DNA of 58,458 bases from Minisyncoccota bacterium (GTDB lineage: Bacteria > Patescibacteriota > Minisyncoccia > Phycocordibacterales > Phycocordibacteraceae), in contig DASZVH010000001.1 in the NCBI GenBank assembly GCA_035547315.1, positions 1 through 58,458 on the forward strand, in the 5' to 3' direction. The position numbers and the translations under genes are program-made. Positions 1-8,986 of this stretch are shown here, in pieces; position 1 is the first letter of the stretch; each line of letters starts with the position of its first letter. The notes under the pieces are model-generated. The model did no database searches and had not been told where the DNA came from. It saw only the letters and a list, made by a program, of their open reading frames with translations.

Positions 1-429
1 CGGGCGGGAAGGCGGGCGCGTCTCGACAGTGACGACGCTTTCGCCGGCGCGCCCCAGCACGTCTTCCCCGCCCGCCCCGAGGAGGCGGCTCGCGCCCGCG
101 ACGACGACGCTCGCCTGCCCCGCCCGGCGCGCCGAGAAGGTCACGACTCCGAAGGTGGTCGTGCCGGTGAAGCCGCGCGGGTAGCCGGCCGTCTCGACGA
201 GGACGCCGCGGGCGTTGTCGACGAGCTCGTAGCCGGGCTCGGGGAGCGCGAGCCACCCCGGCGCGAGCGTGAAGCGCTCGACCGAGAGGAGCGCCGGATC
301 GAAAACGAGCCGCGCCTCGACCGTGCCGATGGTGGTGGTGCCCGCCGCCGCGGAAAGCGCGAGCGTGAACTCGCTCCCGGTGGGGACGGCGAGCAGCTGC
401 GGTACGAGGAGAAGCGCGGCGAGCGTCAT
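1..429 (-). CDS. Cohesin-like domain protein (3' end runs off the window)
   Basis: Hand translation from ATG 429: MTLAALLLVPQLLAVPTGSEFTLALSAAGTTTIGTVEARLVFDPALLSVERFTLAPGW...GFTGTTTFGVVTFSARRAGQASV. The pattern G-x-EF-x-V/L...ARL-x-FDP-x-LL-x-V is cohesin-like. ATG overlaps the upstream TGA (ATGA). Not in the supplied ORF track. Confidence 0.65.
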   Translation of the reverse strand, partial: MTLAALLLVPQLLAVPTGSEFTLALSAAAGTTTIGTVEARLVFDPALLSVERFTLAPGWLALPEPGYELVDNARGVLVETAGYPRGFTGTTTFGVVTFSARRAGQASVVVAGASRLLGAGGEDVLGRAGESVVTVETRPPSRP

Positions 430-989
430 AGGGAGAAGTGGAGCAGCAGGAGGTTGAAGTCGGAGAGGCCGACGGTCCCGTCGCCGTCGAGATCCGCCGG
501 GTCGAGAAGCCCCGCGAGGCCCCAGCGCGCGAGCAGGAAGGCCAGGTCGCGCCGGTCGACGCGCCGGTCGCCGTCGAGATCGTAGTCGCGCTCCTGCGGC
601 GTGGTGCTGCCGGCGGCCGGGCCGTTCGCGTTGCCGGGCGCCGTGCTCGAGGCGCTCCCCGGCGGCAGCGCGAGGTCGAGCTCGGTGATCGCGCCGCTCT
701 CGAAGCGCGCGCTCTGCCGGGCGGCCGCGCCGCCGATGGCGAAGGTAATAGGCTCGCCCGGCTGCGCGGCGCTCACGAGGAGCAGGTGCGGCGCGCGGCC
801 GTAGGTGCCGCCCGCGAGCGTCGTCGAGGCGACGACGCGGCCGCCGACGAGCGCGTCGATCTCGCTCCCCACCCGCCCGGGCGCAGTGCCCCAGAAGAGC
901 TCGGGGATGACGGGTACCGCCGCGGCGCTCGCGCCCGCCGGCAGCGCGAGCGCGAGCGCGAGGAGCGCGCTAGAGATCGCTCGGGACAT
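426..989 (-). CDS. Secreted protein with C-terminal dockerin-like domain (two Ca-binding loops)
   Basis: C-terminal 187 aa of ORF 426..1691, from MSRAISS: signal peptide, an Ig-like domain, then DLDGDRRVDRRDLAFLLARW and DLDGDGTVGLSDFNLLL. Confidence 0.75.
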   Translation of the reverse strand: MSRAISSALLALALALPAGASAAAVPVIPELFWGTAPGRVGSEIDALVGGRVVASTTLAGGTYGRAPHLLLVSAAQPGEPITFAIGGAAARQSARFESGAITELDLALPPGSASSTAPGNANGPAAGSTTPQERDYDLDGDRRVDRRDLAFLLARWGLAGLLDPADLDGDGTVGLSDFNLLLLHFSL

Positions 990-1935
990 AGTTCTCGGGC
1001 GCGGGCGTATAGATCCAGAAGGCGGCGCCGGGCGCCACCGCGCTCGGCAGGCCGAAGGATTCGCTCCCGGGCAGGAAGGAATAGAGCGCGGTGTACTCGA
1101 TCCCGGCCCAGCCGATCGAGGCGAACGCGTCGTCGAGGTCGGCCGTCGAGGTCGCATAGCTGCCGATAAGATTCCACCCCGCGGCGAGCGCGCGCGAGGG
1201 CGGCGTGCGGCCGGGAGCGAGATAGGGCGTGCCGTTGCCGGAGAGCTGCGCCTCCGCGCGTGCGCGGACGAAGTAGCCAGCGCCCGGGGCTGTCGCGGCG
1301 AGCGTGGAGAGCTCCGGGTGCGCCGGGTCGAAGACGAGCCAGCCGCCGACCGCCGCCGGATCGGCCAGGTCGTAGCTCCAGACCGAGTCGATCGCCGGGC
1401 TCGCGAAGACCTGCGCCGCGCCCGGGTCGTCGGGTACCACCGGCAGCGAGAGCAGATTCCACCCCCGCGCGAGCGGGAGCGCGTACTCCTCGGGAGTGAA
1501 GTCGGGCGGCGGCTCCTGCGGCGGGAGCGCGACCGCGACCGTCTTGCTCGTGTCGTAGAGCGCATCGCTCTCCTGCGCGGTCGAGGTGGCGGCGAGCGCG
1601 AGCGTGTAGGTGCCGGGCGCGACCACGGCCCCGGCGGCGTCCGTGCCGTCCCAGAGCTTGGGCTCGGGGTTGGTGACGCCGCTTGAGGCATAGAGCGTGC
1701 GGATGCTCTCGCCTGAGGGGCCGAGCACCATAAGCGAGACCTTCGCCCGCTCGGAAAAGCCGAAGGTTATCGCAGTGGAGGTCGCGAGCGCCGGCGAAGA
1801 GGTCGCGGAGGGGTAGATCGTCACGGGCGCGACCTCATAGTGCGTGAGCGCAAGCGCGTCCGCGCGCGCCCAAAGCGGCGCGAGGAGCGCGAGCAAAACA
1901 GCCGATACGGTGGCGGGCCGTGCGAGCGGGGCCAT
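970..1935 (-). CDS. Secreted surface protein with FlgD-like Ig domain and two GWNL repeats
   Basis: Signal peptide from MAPLARP; FlgD-Ig-like V..GPSGESIRTL...WDGTDAAGAVVAPGTYT; repeats LARGWNLLSLP...PGAGYF and LAAGWNLIG...PGAAFW. Confidence 0.65.
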   Translation of the reverse strand: MAPLARPATVSAVLLALLAPLWARADALALTHYEVAPVTIYPSATSSPALATSTAITFGFSERAKVSLMVLGPSGESIRTLYASSGVTNPEPKLWDGTDAAGAVVAPGTYTLALAATSTAQESDALYDTSKTVAVALPPQEPPPDFTPEEYALPLARGWNLLSLPVVPDDPGAAQVFASPAIDSVWSYDLADPAAVGGWLVFDPAHPELSTLAATAPGAGYFVRARAEAQLSGNGTPYLAPGRTPPSRALAAGWNLIGSYATSTADLDDAFASIGWAGIEYTALYSFLPGSESFGLPSAVAPGAAFWIYTPAPENYVPSDL

Positions 1936-1979
1936 CGCGATACAGTCTAGCGCGCAGGGCGCGGCGCGCACGCGCGTTA

Positions 1980-2405
1980 TCAACAGCGCGCTGAGGCGCG
2001 GTCCATCGCGGCGTTGGCAAGCGAGTCGGCGTCGGCGTTAAGCTCGCGCGGGATGTGGGTGAAGATGACCGATTTGAAATTGGGGACGAGCTCTTTGACC
2101 TTTGCGGCCAAGGGCTTCATGTTCGGGTGCCTGATCTTGTACTCGCCGCGCATCTGCTTGATCACGAGCTGCGAGTCCATCTCGACGAGAATCTCCGTCT
2201 CCTTCGTGCGTTCGCCGAGGAGCTCGGCAAGGCGCTCGAGCGCGCGCAGGATAGCGGTATACTCCGCGACGTTGTTGGTGGTCTCGCCGAGGTACTCGCT
2301 GACCTCGAGCACGGTCTCCCGCCTCTCGCTATAGACGACCGCGCCGCTTCCGGCCGGCCCCGGGTTGCCGCGCGCCCCGCCGTCGGCATGGATAGTGAAC
2401 TTCAT
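1980..2405 (-). CDS. rnhA: Ribonuclease HI
   Basis: Motifs ADGGARGNPGPAG, TNNVAEY, MDSQLV, NADADSLAN. Confidence 0.95.
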   Translation of the reverse strand: MKFTIHADGGARGNPGPAGSGAVVYSERRETVLEVSEYLGETTNNVAEYTAILRALERLAELLGERTKETEILVEMDSQLVIKQMRGEYKIRHPNMKPLAAKVKELVPNFKSVIFTHIPRELNADADSLANAAMDRASARC

Positions 2406-4063
2406 GCGGGCACTATACCAATCAGGCGGAGCCGCGGCGCGCGGGAGAAGGAGTCGCGCTCGAGGTGCCCCAGGAGAGTCGCTTGCGAGCCGGGGGAGAG
2501 CGCGTCAGCGTATGTGGCGAGCGCGCCTTTGGCGAAGAAGGCGACGGCCTCGAGCGGCTTCTCGGATTCGTCGCGCGCGACCTTGAATTTCACATGCTCC
2601 TTCCCCTTGCCGAAGCGCTCGACGCGCGCGATCTCGCAGCCGTGCAACCGCAACAGGGGTTTCTCGTTCCCCTCGCCATAGGGGGCAAGCCGCTCGAGTT
2701 TGGCGAGGAGCGGGCCGTCCGCCTCGCACGGCGCGAGGTCGGCATCCGGCTCCCGCTCGACCGGCGCCTCCTCGACCGGCAAGGTGGCGAGCGCCGCGAC
2801 GAGCCGGTCCTCGAGCGAGAAGACGGCCTCATCGAGTACCGTGAACCCGCCGGAGAAAGCGTGCCCGCCGAATTCCGCAAAGGTATCCTCCGCCGCCTGC
2901 ATGAGCGCGACCATGTGGGTCGCGCCCTCGGAGCGGCACGAGCCTTTCAGGGTGTCGTTGCCCTCCCTGCCCCAGAGGAAGACGGGCCGCGCATATTCTT
3001 CCGCGATGCCGTTCGCGACGAGCCCGAGGAGCGCGGGGCGCCAGGAGGGGTCGCCGAGCGCGATGACGCTTTGCAGGTTCGAGCGATCCGCAAGCCGCTC
3101 GCGCACCGCGCGGGTGATCGCGCCCGTCTGCGCTTTGCGCTCCCGGTTCAACTTCTCCAGTTTCTTCGCGAGCGCGTCGGCCTCGCTCTCGTCGGCGGTG
3201 ATGAAGAGCCTGAACGCCTCGAGCGGGTCATCCATGCGGCTCGCGGCGTTGACGCGCGGGGCGAGCATGAAGCCGACGTCGTCCTCAGTGATGCGCGACT
3301 GCTCGAGGCGCATGAGGCGGCAGAGCTTCCCCACCCCGATACGCGGCGATTTCCGGAGCACGAGGAGGCCGTAGCGCGCGATGAGGCGATTGTCGCCTAC
3401 GAGCGGGACCATATCGGCGATAGTCGCGAGCGCCGCCATGTCGAGGAGCCACTTCTCCCAGCCCTCCGGCACGCGCTCCCGCAGCTCGGGCGCGACCGAA
3501 AGCGTCGCGCAGACGAGCTTCCAGGCGAGGCCGGCGCCGCACCAGCTCTTGAATGGCGCGGTTTCATCCGGGTGCGCGTTCGGGTCCACCACGATGCCCT
3601 CCGGCAAACCATCGCCGGGGAGATGGTGGTCGGTGACGATCGTGTCCATCCCGAGCGCGCGGGCGCGCGCGATCACCTCCGTATCCGTGATCCCGACGTC
3701 GGCGGTTATGAGGAGTTTCGCGCCGTTCTTCGCGAGCTTCTCGACCCCCGCGCTATTAACGCCGTAGCCCTCCAGATGCCGGTGCGGGATATAGTTCTCA
3801 AAATTCGCGCCCGCCTTCTTCAAGAAATCATGGAGGATGACGGCCGCGGGGATGCCGTCGCAGTCGTAGTCGGTCCACGCGGCGATTTTTTCTCCGGAAA
3901 GGATCGCAGCCGCAAGCCGCGAAGCGGCTTGCGGCATATTCTTGATCGTGAGCGGGTCGACGAGGTGCTCGTCGTAGGAGGGGTTGAGGAATTTCTCGGC
4001 CTCCTCGGTGGTCGTGATGCCGCGCTTTGCGAGCAGGAGGTTCGTCAGGTCGTCGTACGGCAT
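2402..4063 (-). CDS. recJ: ssDNA-specific exonuclease RecJ
   Basis: Motifs DYDCDG, DHH, TIADMVPL, PRVNAASR, KGSCRS, GGHAFSGG, PYGEGNEKP. Start taken at MPYDDL. Confidence 0.95.
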   Translation of the reverse strand: MPYDDLTNLLLAKRGITTTEEAEKFLNPSYDEHLVDPLTIKNMPQAASRLAAAILSGEKIAAWTDYDCDGIPAAVILHDFLKKAGANFENYIPHRHLEGYGVNSAGVEKLAKNGAKLLITADVGITDTEVIARARALGMDTIVTDHHLPGDGLPEGIVVDPNAHPDETAPFKSWCGAGLAWKLVCATLSVAPELRERVPEGWEKWLLDMAALATIADMVPLVGDNRLIARYGLLVLRKSPRIGVGKLCRLMRLEQSRITEDDVGFMLAPRVNAASRMDDPLEAFRLFITADESEADALAKKLEKLNRERKAQTGAITRAVRERLADRSNLQSVIALGDPSWRPALLGLVANGIAEEYARPVFLWGREGNDTLKGSCRSEGATHMVALMQAAEDTFAEFGGHAFSGGFTVLDEAVFSLEDRLVAALATLPVEEAPVEREPDADLAPCEADGPLLAKLERLAPYGEGNEKPLLRLHGCEIARVERFGKGKEHVKFKVARDESEKPLEAVAFFAKGALATYADALSPGSQATLLGHLERDSFSRAPRLRLIGIVPA

Positions 4064-4091
4064 GCGTCTCCCAATGATACACTGAGCGCAC

Positions 4092-4478
4092 ATGGAAAAT
4101 CCCTCGACTCCGCCCGAGACAAACTGCATCTTCTGCAAGATCGTGCGCAAGGAGATCCCGGCCGAGATCGTCTACGAGGACGACGACTTCCTCGCGTTTC
4201 TCGACATCCACCCGCAGGCACCCGGCCACGCGCAGGTGATCCCCAAGCAGCACTACCGCTGGGTCTGGGACGTCCCGAACGCAGGCGCGTATTTCGAAGT
4301 TGCCAAGAAGGTCGCGCTCGCCGAGCGCAGCGCTTTCGGCGTCGAGTGGATTCTCGCCAAGATCATCGGCGACGAAGTCCCGCATGCGCATATCTGGGTG
4401 TTTCCCGAGAATGGCGCAAAAAGCGACAAATCCGACCTCGACGGCAACGCCGCTAAGCTCCGCGCCGCACTCTCTTGA
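4092..4478 (+). CDS. HIT family nucleotide hydrolase
   Basis: N-terminal CIFCKIV and histidine triad VPHAHIW. Confidence 0.92.
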   Translation: MENPSTPPETNCIFCKIVRKEIPAEIVYEDDDFLAFLDIHPQAPGHAQVIPKQHYRWVWDVPNAGAYFEVAKKVALAERSAFGVEWILAKIIGDEVPHAHIWVFPENGAKSDKSDLDGNAAKLRAALS

Positions 4479-4486
4479 ATAAGAAA

Positions 4487-4512
4487 AAGCGCCGGTGTTT
4501 CCACCGGCGCTT
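4487..4512. terminator. Probably bidirectional intrinsic terminator
   Basis: AAGCGCCGGTG-TTTC-CACCGGCGCTT between convergent genes, with an A-run upstream (U-tract on the minus strand). Confidence 0.75.
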
Positions 4513-4515
4513 CAT

Positions 4516-4926
4516 TCAAGGAAAGAACTCGAGCACGAGATTCTTCGCCACGATCAGCATCGCGACGAATCCCGGCAGTATGACGATGAGCCAGGGGGTC
4601 CAGTACCCCGCATGCATCGGCCAGCCGAAGGCGCCAAGGAAAAAGGCACCGCAGGTAAGCAGTACGCCTGCCGCGACGATATCTTCGGCTTCAGAGGCGT
4701 TCGACGAATAGACATCTTCCCTTATCATTGCCCAGAATAAGAAGATTCCAGCGACGGCCGAAATCATTGCGCCAAAGACGATAAAGGACCCTTCGGTGAT
4801 AATCTTTCCTGCGACATGCTCCATACCCCAGAATAGACTGACCGACACGCTTATCGCCTCGACTCCCCACAGCGTGAGATAGGCGAACGCGAGCATGCTG
4901 AAGAAGATGAGGATCTTGTTGAACAT
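4516..4926 (-). CDS. Hypothetical multi-pass membrane protein
   Basis: 136 aa with about four hydrophobic segments; GGAGG 5 nt before ATG; more AT-rich than its flanks. Confidence 0.7.
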   Translation of the reverse strand: MFNKILIFFSMLAFAYLTLWGVEAISVSVSLFWGMEHVAGKIITEGSFIVFGAMISAVAGIFLFWAMIREDVYSSNASEAEDIVAAGVLLTCGAFFLGAFGWPMHAGYWTPWLIVILPGFVAMLIVAKNLVLEFFP

Positions 4927-4988
4927 TTCTGCCTCCGTTCATCAAGCCAAGACCGGCTCGACTCCGCGGACGAGCATATATATATTAC

Positions 4989-5053
4989 TTATTTGTCAAG
5001 CGCGGCGATGCCGGGGGGGGTGCCTGCGGCGAGGAAGTCGAGCATGGCGCCGC
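4989..5053 (-). pseudogene. Diverged duplicate of the pgk 3' end
   Basis: 4999-5053 matches 5643-5697 at 48/55 nt. Reads GAMLDFLAAGTPPGIAALDK* versus pgk GAMLDFLTSGTLPGIAALG*. Confidence 0.8.
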
Positions 5054-5316
5054 TACGAGCCGTAGAGCTCGTGATGCGTGCCGACCAGCAGCAGCACAAC
5101 ATTGCCATCATTGAGCGCGTAATAAATTACTCGGATATCTCCGGTGATATTGATGCTTCTTTGGCCTTGGTATTTGCCAGAGAGCGGATGATTCTCTAAG
5201 AGCGGATTGAAGGGATCGCGCAGAAAAAGCTCGAGACGCTCAATAACTCGGCGCTGGAGAGGCTTCGGAAGTTTCCGATATTGTTTCCTGAATCGTTGCG
5301 AGCGGAACGACTCCAT
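5053..5316 (-). CDS. Type II toxin, RelE/YafQ-like mRNA interferase
   Basis: FRKQYRKL, LENHPLSGKYQGQRSINITGDIRVIY and C-terminal VGTHHELY; 6 nt downstream of the antitoxin gene. Confidence 0.9.
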   Translation of the reverse strand: MESFRSQRFRKQYRKLPKPLQRRVIERLELFLRDPFNPLLENHPLSGKYQGQRSINITGDIRVIYYALNDGNVVLLLVGTHHELYGS

Positions 5317-5322
5317 GGATCG

Positions 5323-5592
5323 TTATGAGTCGAGATCCCGTCTCAGTTCTTCTATCGAGTGGAATTGTTTCGCCTTGCCTTCTCGGAACTCTCTCATCGC
5401 GGCGTCGATGGCGCGGCGTGTCCTCGCGTTCGGGATGAGCGGCTCAAGATCGAGGTGCGGATCGCGGACGAACGCGCGCAAGGAGGCGTTAACGACGACG
5501 GAGAGCGGAACGCCGAGTTCTTTCGCGGCCCTCTGCGCCGCCTTTTTTATCTTGGCGTCGGTACGGACGTTGAGGATGACTTTCGTGTTCAT
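5323..5592 (-). CDS. Type II antitoxin, RelB/DinJ family
   Basis: RHH-like LNVRTDAKIKKAAQRAAKELGVPLSVVVNASLRAF and PNARTRRAI. Confidence 0.88.
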   Translation of the reverse strand: MNTKVILNVRTDAKIKKAAQRAAKELGVPLSVVVNASLRAFVRDPHLDLEPLIPNARTRRAIDAAMREFREGKAKQFHSIEELRRDLDS

Positions 5593-5602
5593 CGGATAAG
5601 TA

Positions 5603-5615
5603 TATACATTGTATA
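5603..5615. promoter_or_regulatory. Candidate TA autorepression operator
   Basis: Perfect palindrome TATACA-T-TGTATA in the AT-rich spacer just upstream of the antitoxin. Confidence 0.5.
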
Positions 5616-5635
5616 CACAAAGACAAGATGAAGCG

Positions 5636-6793
5636 CTAGCCGAGCGCGGCGATGCCGGGGAGTGTGCCTGAAGTAAGGAAGTCGAGCATCGCGCCGCCGC
5701 CGGTGGAGACGAAGGAAAATTTATCTAAGATATCGAGCGCCTCGATGGCGGCGATGGTGTCGCCGCCGCCCACGACCGAATGTGCGCCGCTTCTTGCTAT
5801 CGCGACGGCGAGCGCGTCGGTCGCCTGCGTAAAGCCGTTTTCATAGTTGCCCAAGGGGCCGTTCCAAAGGATGCTCTGGGCTTTGCCCGCGACCGAGGCC
5901 AAGAGGGCCTCGGTCGCGGGGCCGTGGTCGAGGATCATCTCCTCGGGCGCGATGTCGCCGAGCGCCGCGACGCGCGCGGCGCTCGCAGGCTCGCCTTTTC
6001 TCGCGACGCGCGCGTCAAGCGGCAGGAGGAGCTTGGGGTTGGCTACGAGCGCGTGCATCTTCGCCAAGGGCGGCGGCGGCGCGGAGAGGAGCGAGGCGCC
6101 GACGCCAAAACCCTTCGCCTTGATGAAGTCGTTGGCCAGTGCGCCGCCGACGAAAACTCGGTCATAGCGCGCGAGGAGCGCGGCGACGACCGGCTCCTTG
6201 GTCGAGAACTTCGCCCCGCCGATGATGGCGAGCGAGGGCGAGGCGGGCGCGAGCGCGGCGGTGAGATTCTCTACCTCCGCAAGGAGCGTAAGCCCAGCGT
6301 AGGCGGGCAGGAGCGTCGGCAGAGAAACGATGGAGGCGTGCCTACGGTGGCAGGTGTCGAAGGAATCCTCGACGAAGGCGTCCGCGAGCGCGGCGAGGCG
6401 ATTGGCGAAGTCCGGATCGTTCTTGACCTCGCCCGGGTCGCGGCGCAGATTCTCGAGCACGAGGATATCGCCGGGCGCCATCGCGCGCACCGCCTCGCGC
6501 GCGGCCAGGTCGGCCGTCGTCGGGCAAAAGGAGGTGCGCGGGAGCAGCTCGCCGAGCTTTTTCGCCACCGGCGCGAGCGTCTCGGCGCCGCTCGCCTTGG
6601 CCCCGCCGGGCGGGTCGATATGGCTTGCGACGACGACGCGCGCCCCCGCCTCCTGGAGGAAAGAGAGCGTCGGCAGCGCGCGCCGGAGCCGGAACGTGTC
6701 GCCCACTTCCCCGCCGGAAACCGGTTCGTTGAGCGCGGCGCGCACCAAGACCGGCAGCGCCCGCAGAGCCGGAATGTCGCGGACGCTCCTCAT
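5636..6793 (-). CDS. pgk: Phosphoglycerate kinase
   Basis: ASH, LENLR, D(S)F.TCHRRHAS, GGAK, LWNGPLG, GGGDT, STGGGAML. Confidence 0.97.
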   Translation of the reverse strand: MRSVRDIPALRALPVLVRAALNEPVSGGEVGDTFRLRRALPTLSFLQEAGARVVVASHIDPPGGAKASGAETLAPVAKKLGELLPRTSFCPTTADLAAREAVRAMAPGDILVLENLRRDPGEVKNDPDFANRLAALADAFVEDSFDTCHRRHASIVSLPTLLPAYAGLTLLAEVENLTAALAPASPSLAIIGGAKFSTKEPVVAALLARYDRVFVGGALANDFIKAKGFGVGASLLSAPPPPLAKMHALVANPKLLLPLDARVARKGEPASAARVAALGDIAPEEMILDHGPATEALLASVAGKAQSILWNGPLGNYENGFTQATDALAVAIARSGAHSVVGGGDTIAAIEALDILDKFSFVSTGGGAMLDFLTSGTLPGIAALG

Positions 6794-6795
6794 CG

Positions 6796-7539
6796 CTACG
6801 CAAGCGCTTTCACCAAGGCGGAGAACATCGCCGCGTCGACCGACGCGTGCCCGACGAGGAAGCCGTCGACCTGGCTGCCGCCCGCAAGCGCGCGGATGTC
6901 GGCCGCCTCCACCGAGCCGCCGTAGAGCACGCGGGCCGTGCCGCCCTTGCCGGGCATGAGCGCGAGCGCGATCTTGCGGATATAGAGCAGCATCTCGGCG
7001 AGGTCGGCGGGCTCGATCGCCTCGGCGGCGCTCTTGCCGATGGCCCAGACGGGCTCGTAGGCGAAGATGACCGCGCGGCGCTCGCGCGGCGAGAGCGGCG
7101 CGAGCGCCGCCGTGATCTGGTCGCGGACGAAGCCGAGGTACTCGCTCGCCGCGTCGCGCTCGCGCTCGCCGACGCAGAGCACCGGCGCGAGCCCGTGCGC
7201 GATCGCGTGCTGGAGCTTCTGCGCGATCTGCGCGCCGCTCTCGCCGGCGGCGCGCCGCTCGCTATGCCCCACGATCGCGTAGGCGGCGCCGAGGTCGGCG
7301 TAGACCTGCGCGCTCACCTCGCCCGTCTGGGCGCCGCCCGTGGTGGCGGAGAGGTCCTGCGCGGCGTAGGCGATCCGCGAGCGGTTGCCCGGCGCCAGCA
7401 TGCCCAGGTGCGGCGCGCAAGGCGCGAGCGCGATCTCGATCTTTGGGTAGCGCGCCGCGAGCCGCTTGGCGGCGGCGGCGAGCCGCTTGGCGCGCGCAGC
7501 GTCTTCCACGTACGCCTTCCAGTTGGCGAGGATGAGCAT
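6796..7539 (-). CDS. tpiA: Triosephosphate isomerase
   Basis: ANWK, GHSERR, AYEPVWAIG, LYGGSV. Confidence 0.97.
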   Translation of the reverse strand: MLILANWKAYVEDAARAKRLAAAAKRLAARYPKIEIALAPCAPHLGMLAPGNRSRIAYAAQDLSATTGGAQTGEVSAQVYADLGAAYAIVGHSERRAAGESGAQIAQKLQHAIAHGLAPVLCVGERERDAASEYLGFVRDQITAALAPLSPRERRAVIFAYEPVWAIGKSAAEAIEPADLAEMLLYIRKIALALMPGKGGTARVLYGGSVEAADIRALAGGSQVDGFLVGHASVDAAMFSALVKALA

Positions 7540-7576
7540 ATGGGGAAAGTATAGCGCGGCCTGCCCGGGCGCGGGC

Positions 7577-8986
7577 TCAGTCGACCTGCCGCCAGTCGGT
7601 GAACTCGTATTGGGTCGAGGTGACGGGGGTGAAAGGCGGCGGGTCCGCCGCGTTGGCCCGGTCGAAGGAGGTGGTGCGGTCTTCGTAGCCGGAGATCGAG
7701 CCGCTGCGGCAGTAGGAGTCGCCGTAGACCCACTCGGTGCCGGGCCGGAGCGCCGAGACGATGGAGCCCAGGATCGAGAGCGTGTGCTTGTCGTCGTAGC
7801 CGCTGTAGCGGCAGTCGTAGAGATTGCGCCCGAAGGCGCCGCCCTGGGCGACGAAGATGCCGTCCATCGTGAGCGAGTCGGGCGTCGCGGGGCCGATCAG
7901 GAAATTATTCTGCGCGATGGCGGTGAGCCCGTCGCTGCCGTCGGTCGCGGTATACGCGAGATTGTCCGGGACCACGATGTTAGCGTCGACGACCGTGTCC
8001 GCGACGTCCGCGGCGACCAGCGTGACCTTGCCGTTCACGGTGCCCTCGATCCACGCGTTGTCCTCGACGAAGATGAGCCCGCAGGAGGAGGGCACGGCGT
8101 AGGTGCCGAGCGTCTTTTCCTTGTTGATGAGCGAGTAATCGTTGACGAAGCGGCCGCCCGAGGAGCCGTCCACCGGCACCGCGCTTAGGGCGGAGACCGA
8201 GGTCACCTGCTTGACCGTGACCGTGCCGTCGGCATTGAAAATGAGGTGGTAGCCCAGGTGCGTGTCGCTGCCGGTGGAGACGCGGCCGAAGTAGAGCCCG
8301 GAGGACTGCGCCGTGCTCTTGAGCGCGGCGAAGTCGGCCGCGATGCCCGCGAAGTCGACCTGCGGCGTCGGGTACTCCCAGAGGCTCTGATTGCTGCCGT
8401 CGCCCACGACGCCCGGCGCGCGCCGCTGTTCCGGGCTGCATCCGTTGGAGGGGCCGCAGTCCCAGGTCGAGAGCGAGGAGGAGACGGGCGCGTTCGGATC
8501 GCCGTCCATCCGCAGGCCGCCGTTGGTATGGAGCGGCCCGTAGGTGGTGGAGGTGAACCAAGCGTTCGTGTCCAAGATATAGGAGTAGTCGGCGATCGAG
8601 GGCTGCGCATAGGTGGCGACGATGGTCGAGGCGATGCCGGGCGCTTCGGCCGGGGCGCCGGTCGAGCGGACGGTGAGCGCGGTAGTGACGCCGCAGGCGG
8701 TGTCGGCCGCGACGGCGAGCGTGTAGGAGCCCGCCGCGCCGCCTTCCGGGTCCGCGTAGGAGAAGGTGCCGCCCGCCGTGTCGCCCGGGAAGTGCGCGAG
8801 CAGCCAACGGTAGTACTCGATGCCCGCCTCGGCGATCGCGAAGGCCTCGCTCTTCTGCCGCAGCTGGTCCTCGGCGCGATTCTCCGCCAGGACGTAGCCC
8901 GAGAGCGCGGAGAGCACGACGAAGAAGACGGCGCCGAAGACGAGCACGAGGAGGGTGATCGAGCCGCGGGAAGGAAGCGTGCTCAT
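7577..8986 (-). CDS. PilX-like minor pilin / pilus tip protein
   Basis: C-terminal part of ORF 7577..10405 from MSTLPSRGSITLLVLVFG (G then hydrophobic, no E5); A..IAEAGIEY motif; large C-terminal domain. Confidence 0.75.
   Translation of the reverse strand: MSTLPSRGSITLLVLVFGAVFFVVLSALSGYVLAENRAEDQLRQKSEAFAIAEAGIEYYRWLLAHFPGDTAGGTFSYADPEGGAAGSYTLAVAADTACGVTTALTVRSTGAPAEAPGIASTIVATYAQPSIADYSYILDTNAWFTSTTYGPLHTNGGLRMDGDPNAPVSSSLSTWDCGPSNGCSPEQRRAPGVVGDGSNQSLWEYPTPQVDFAGIAADFAALKSTAQSSGLYFGRVSTGSDTHLGYHLIFNADGTVTVKQVTSVSALSAVPVDGSSGGRFVNDYSLINKEKTLGTYAVPSSCGLIFVEDNAWIEGTVNGKVTLVAADVADTVVDANIVVPDNLAYTATDGSDGLTAIAQNNFLIGPATPDSLTMDGIFVAQGGAFGRNLYDCRYSGYDDKHTLSILGSIVSALRPGTEWVYGDSYCRSGSISGYEDRTTSFDRANAADPPPFTPVTSTQYEFTDWRQVD

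Noticed and set aside
2521-2545. CCTTTGGCGAAG in recJ resembling the REP-like element
   Set aside because: Only a partial match, encoding ordinary conserved-looking RecJ residues (AFFAKG), with no flanking stem.
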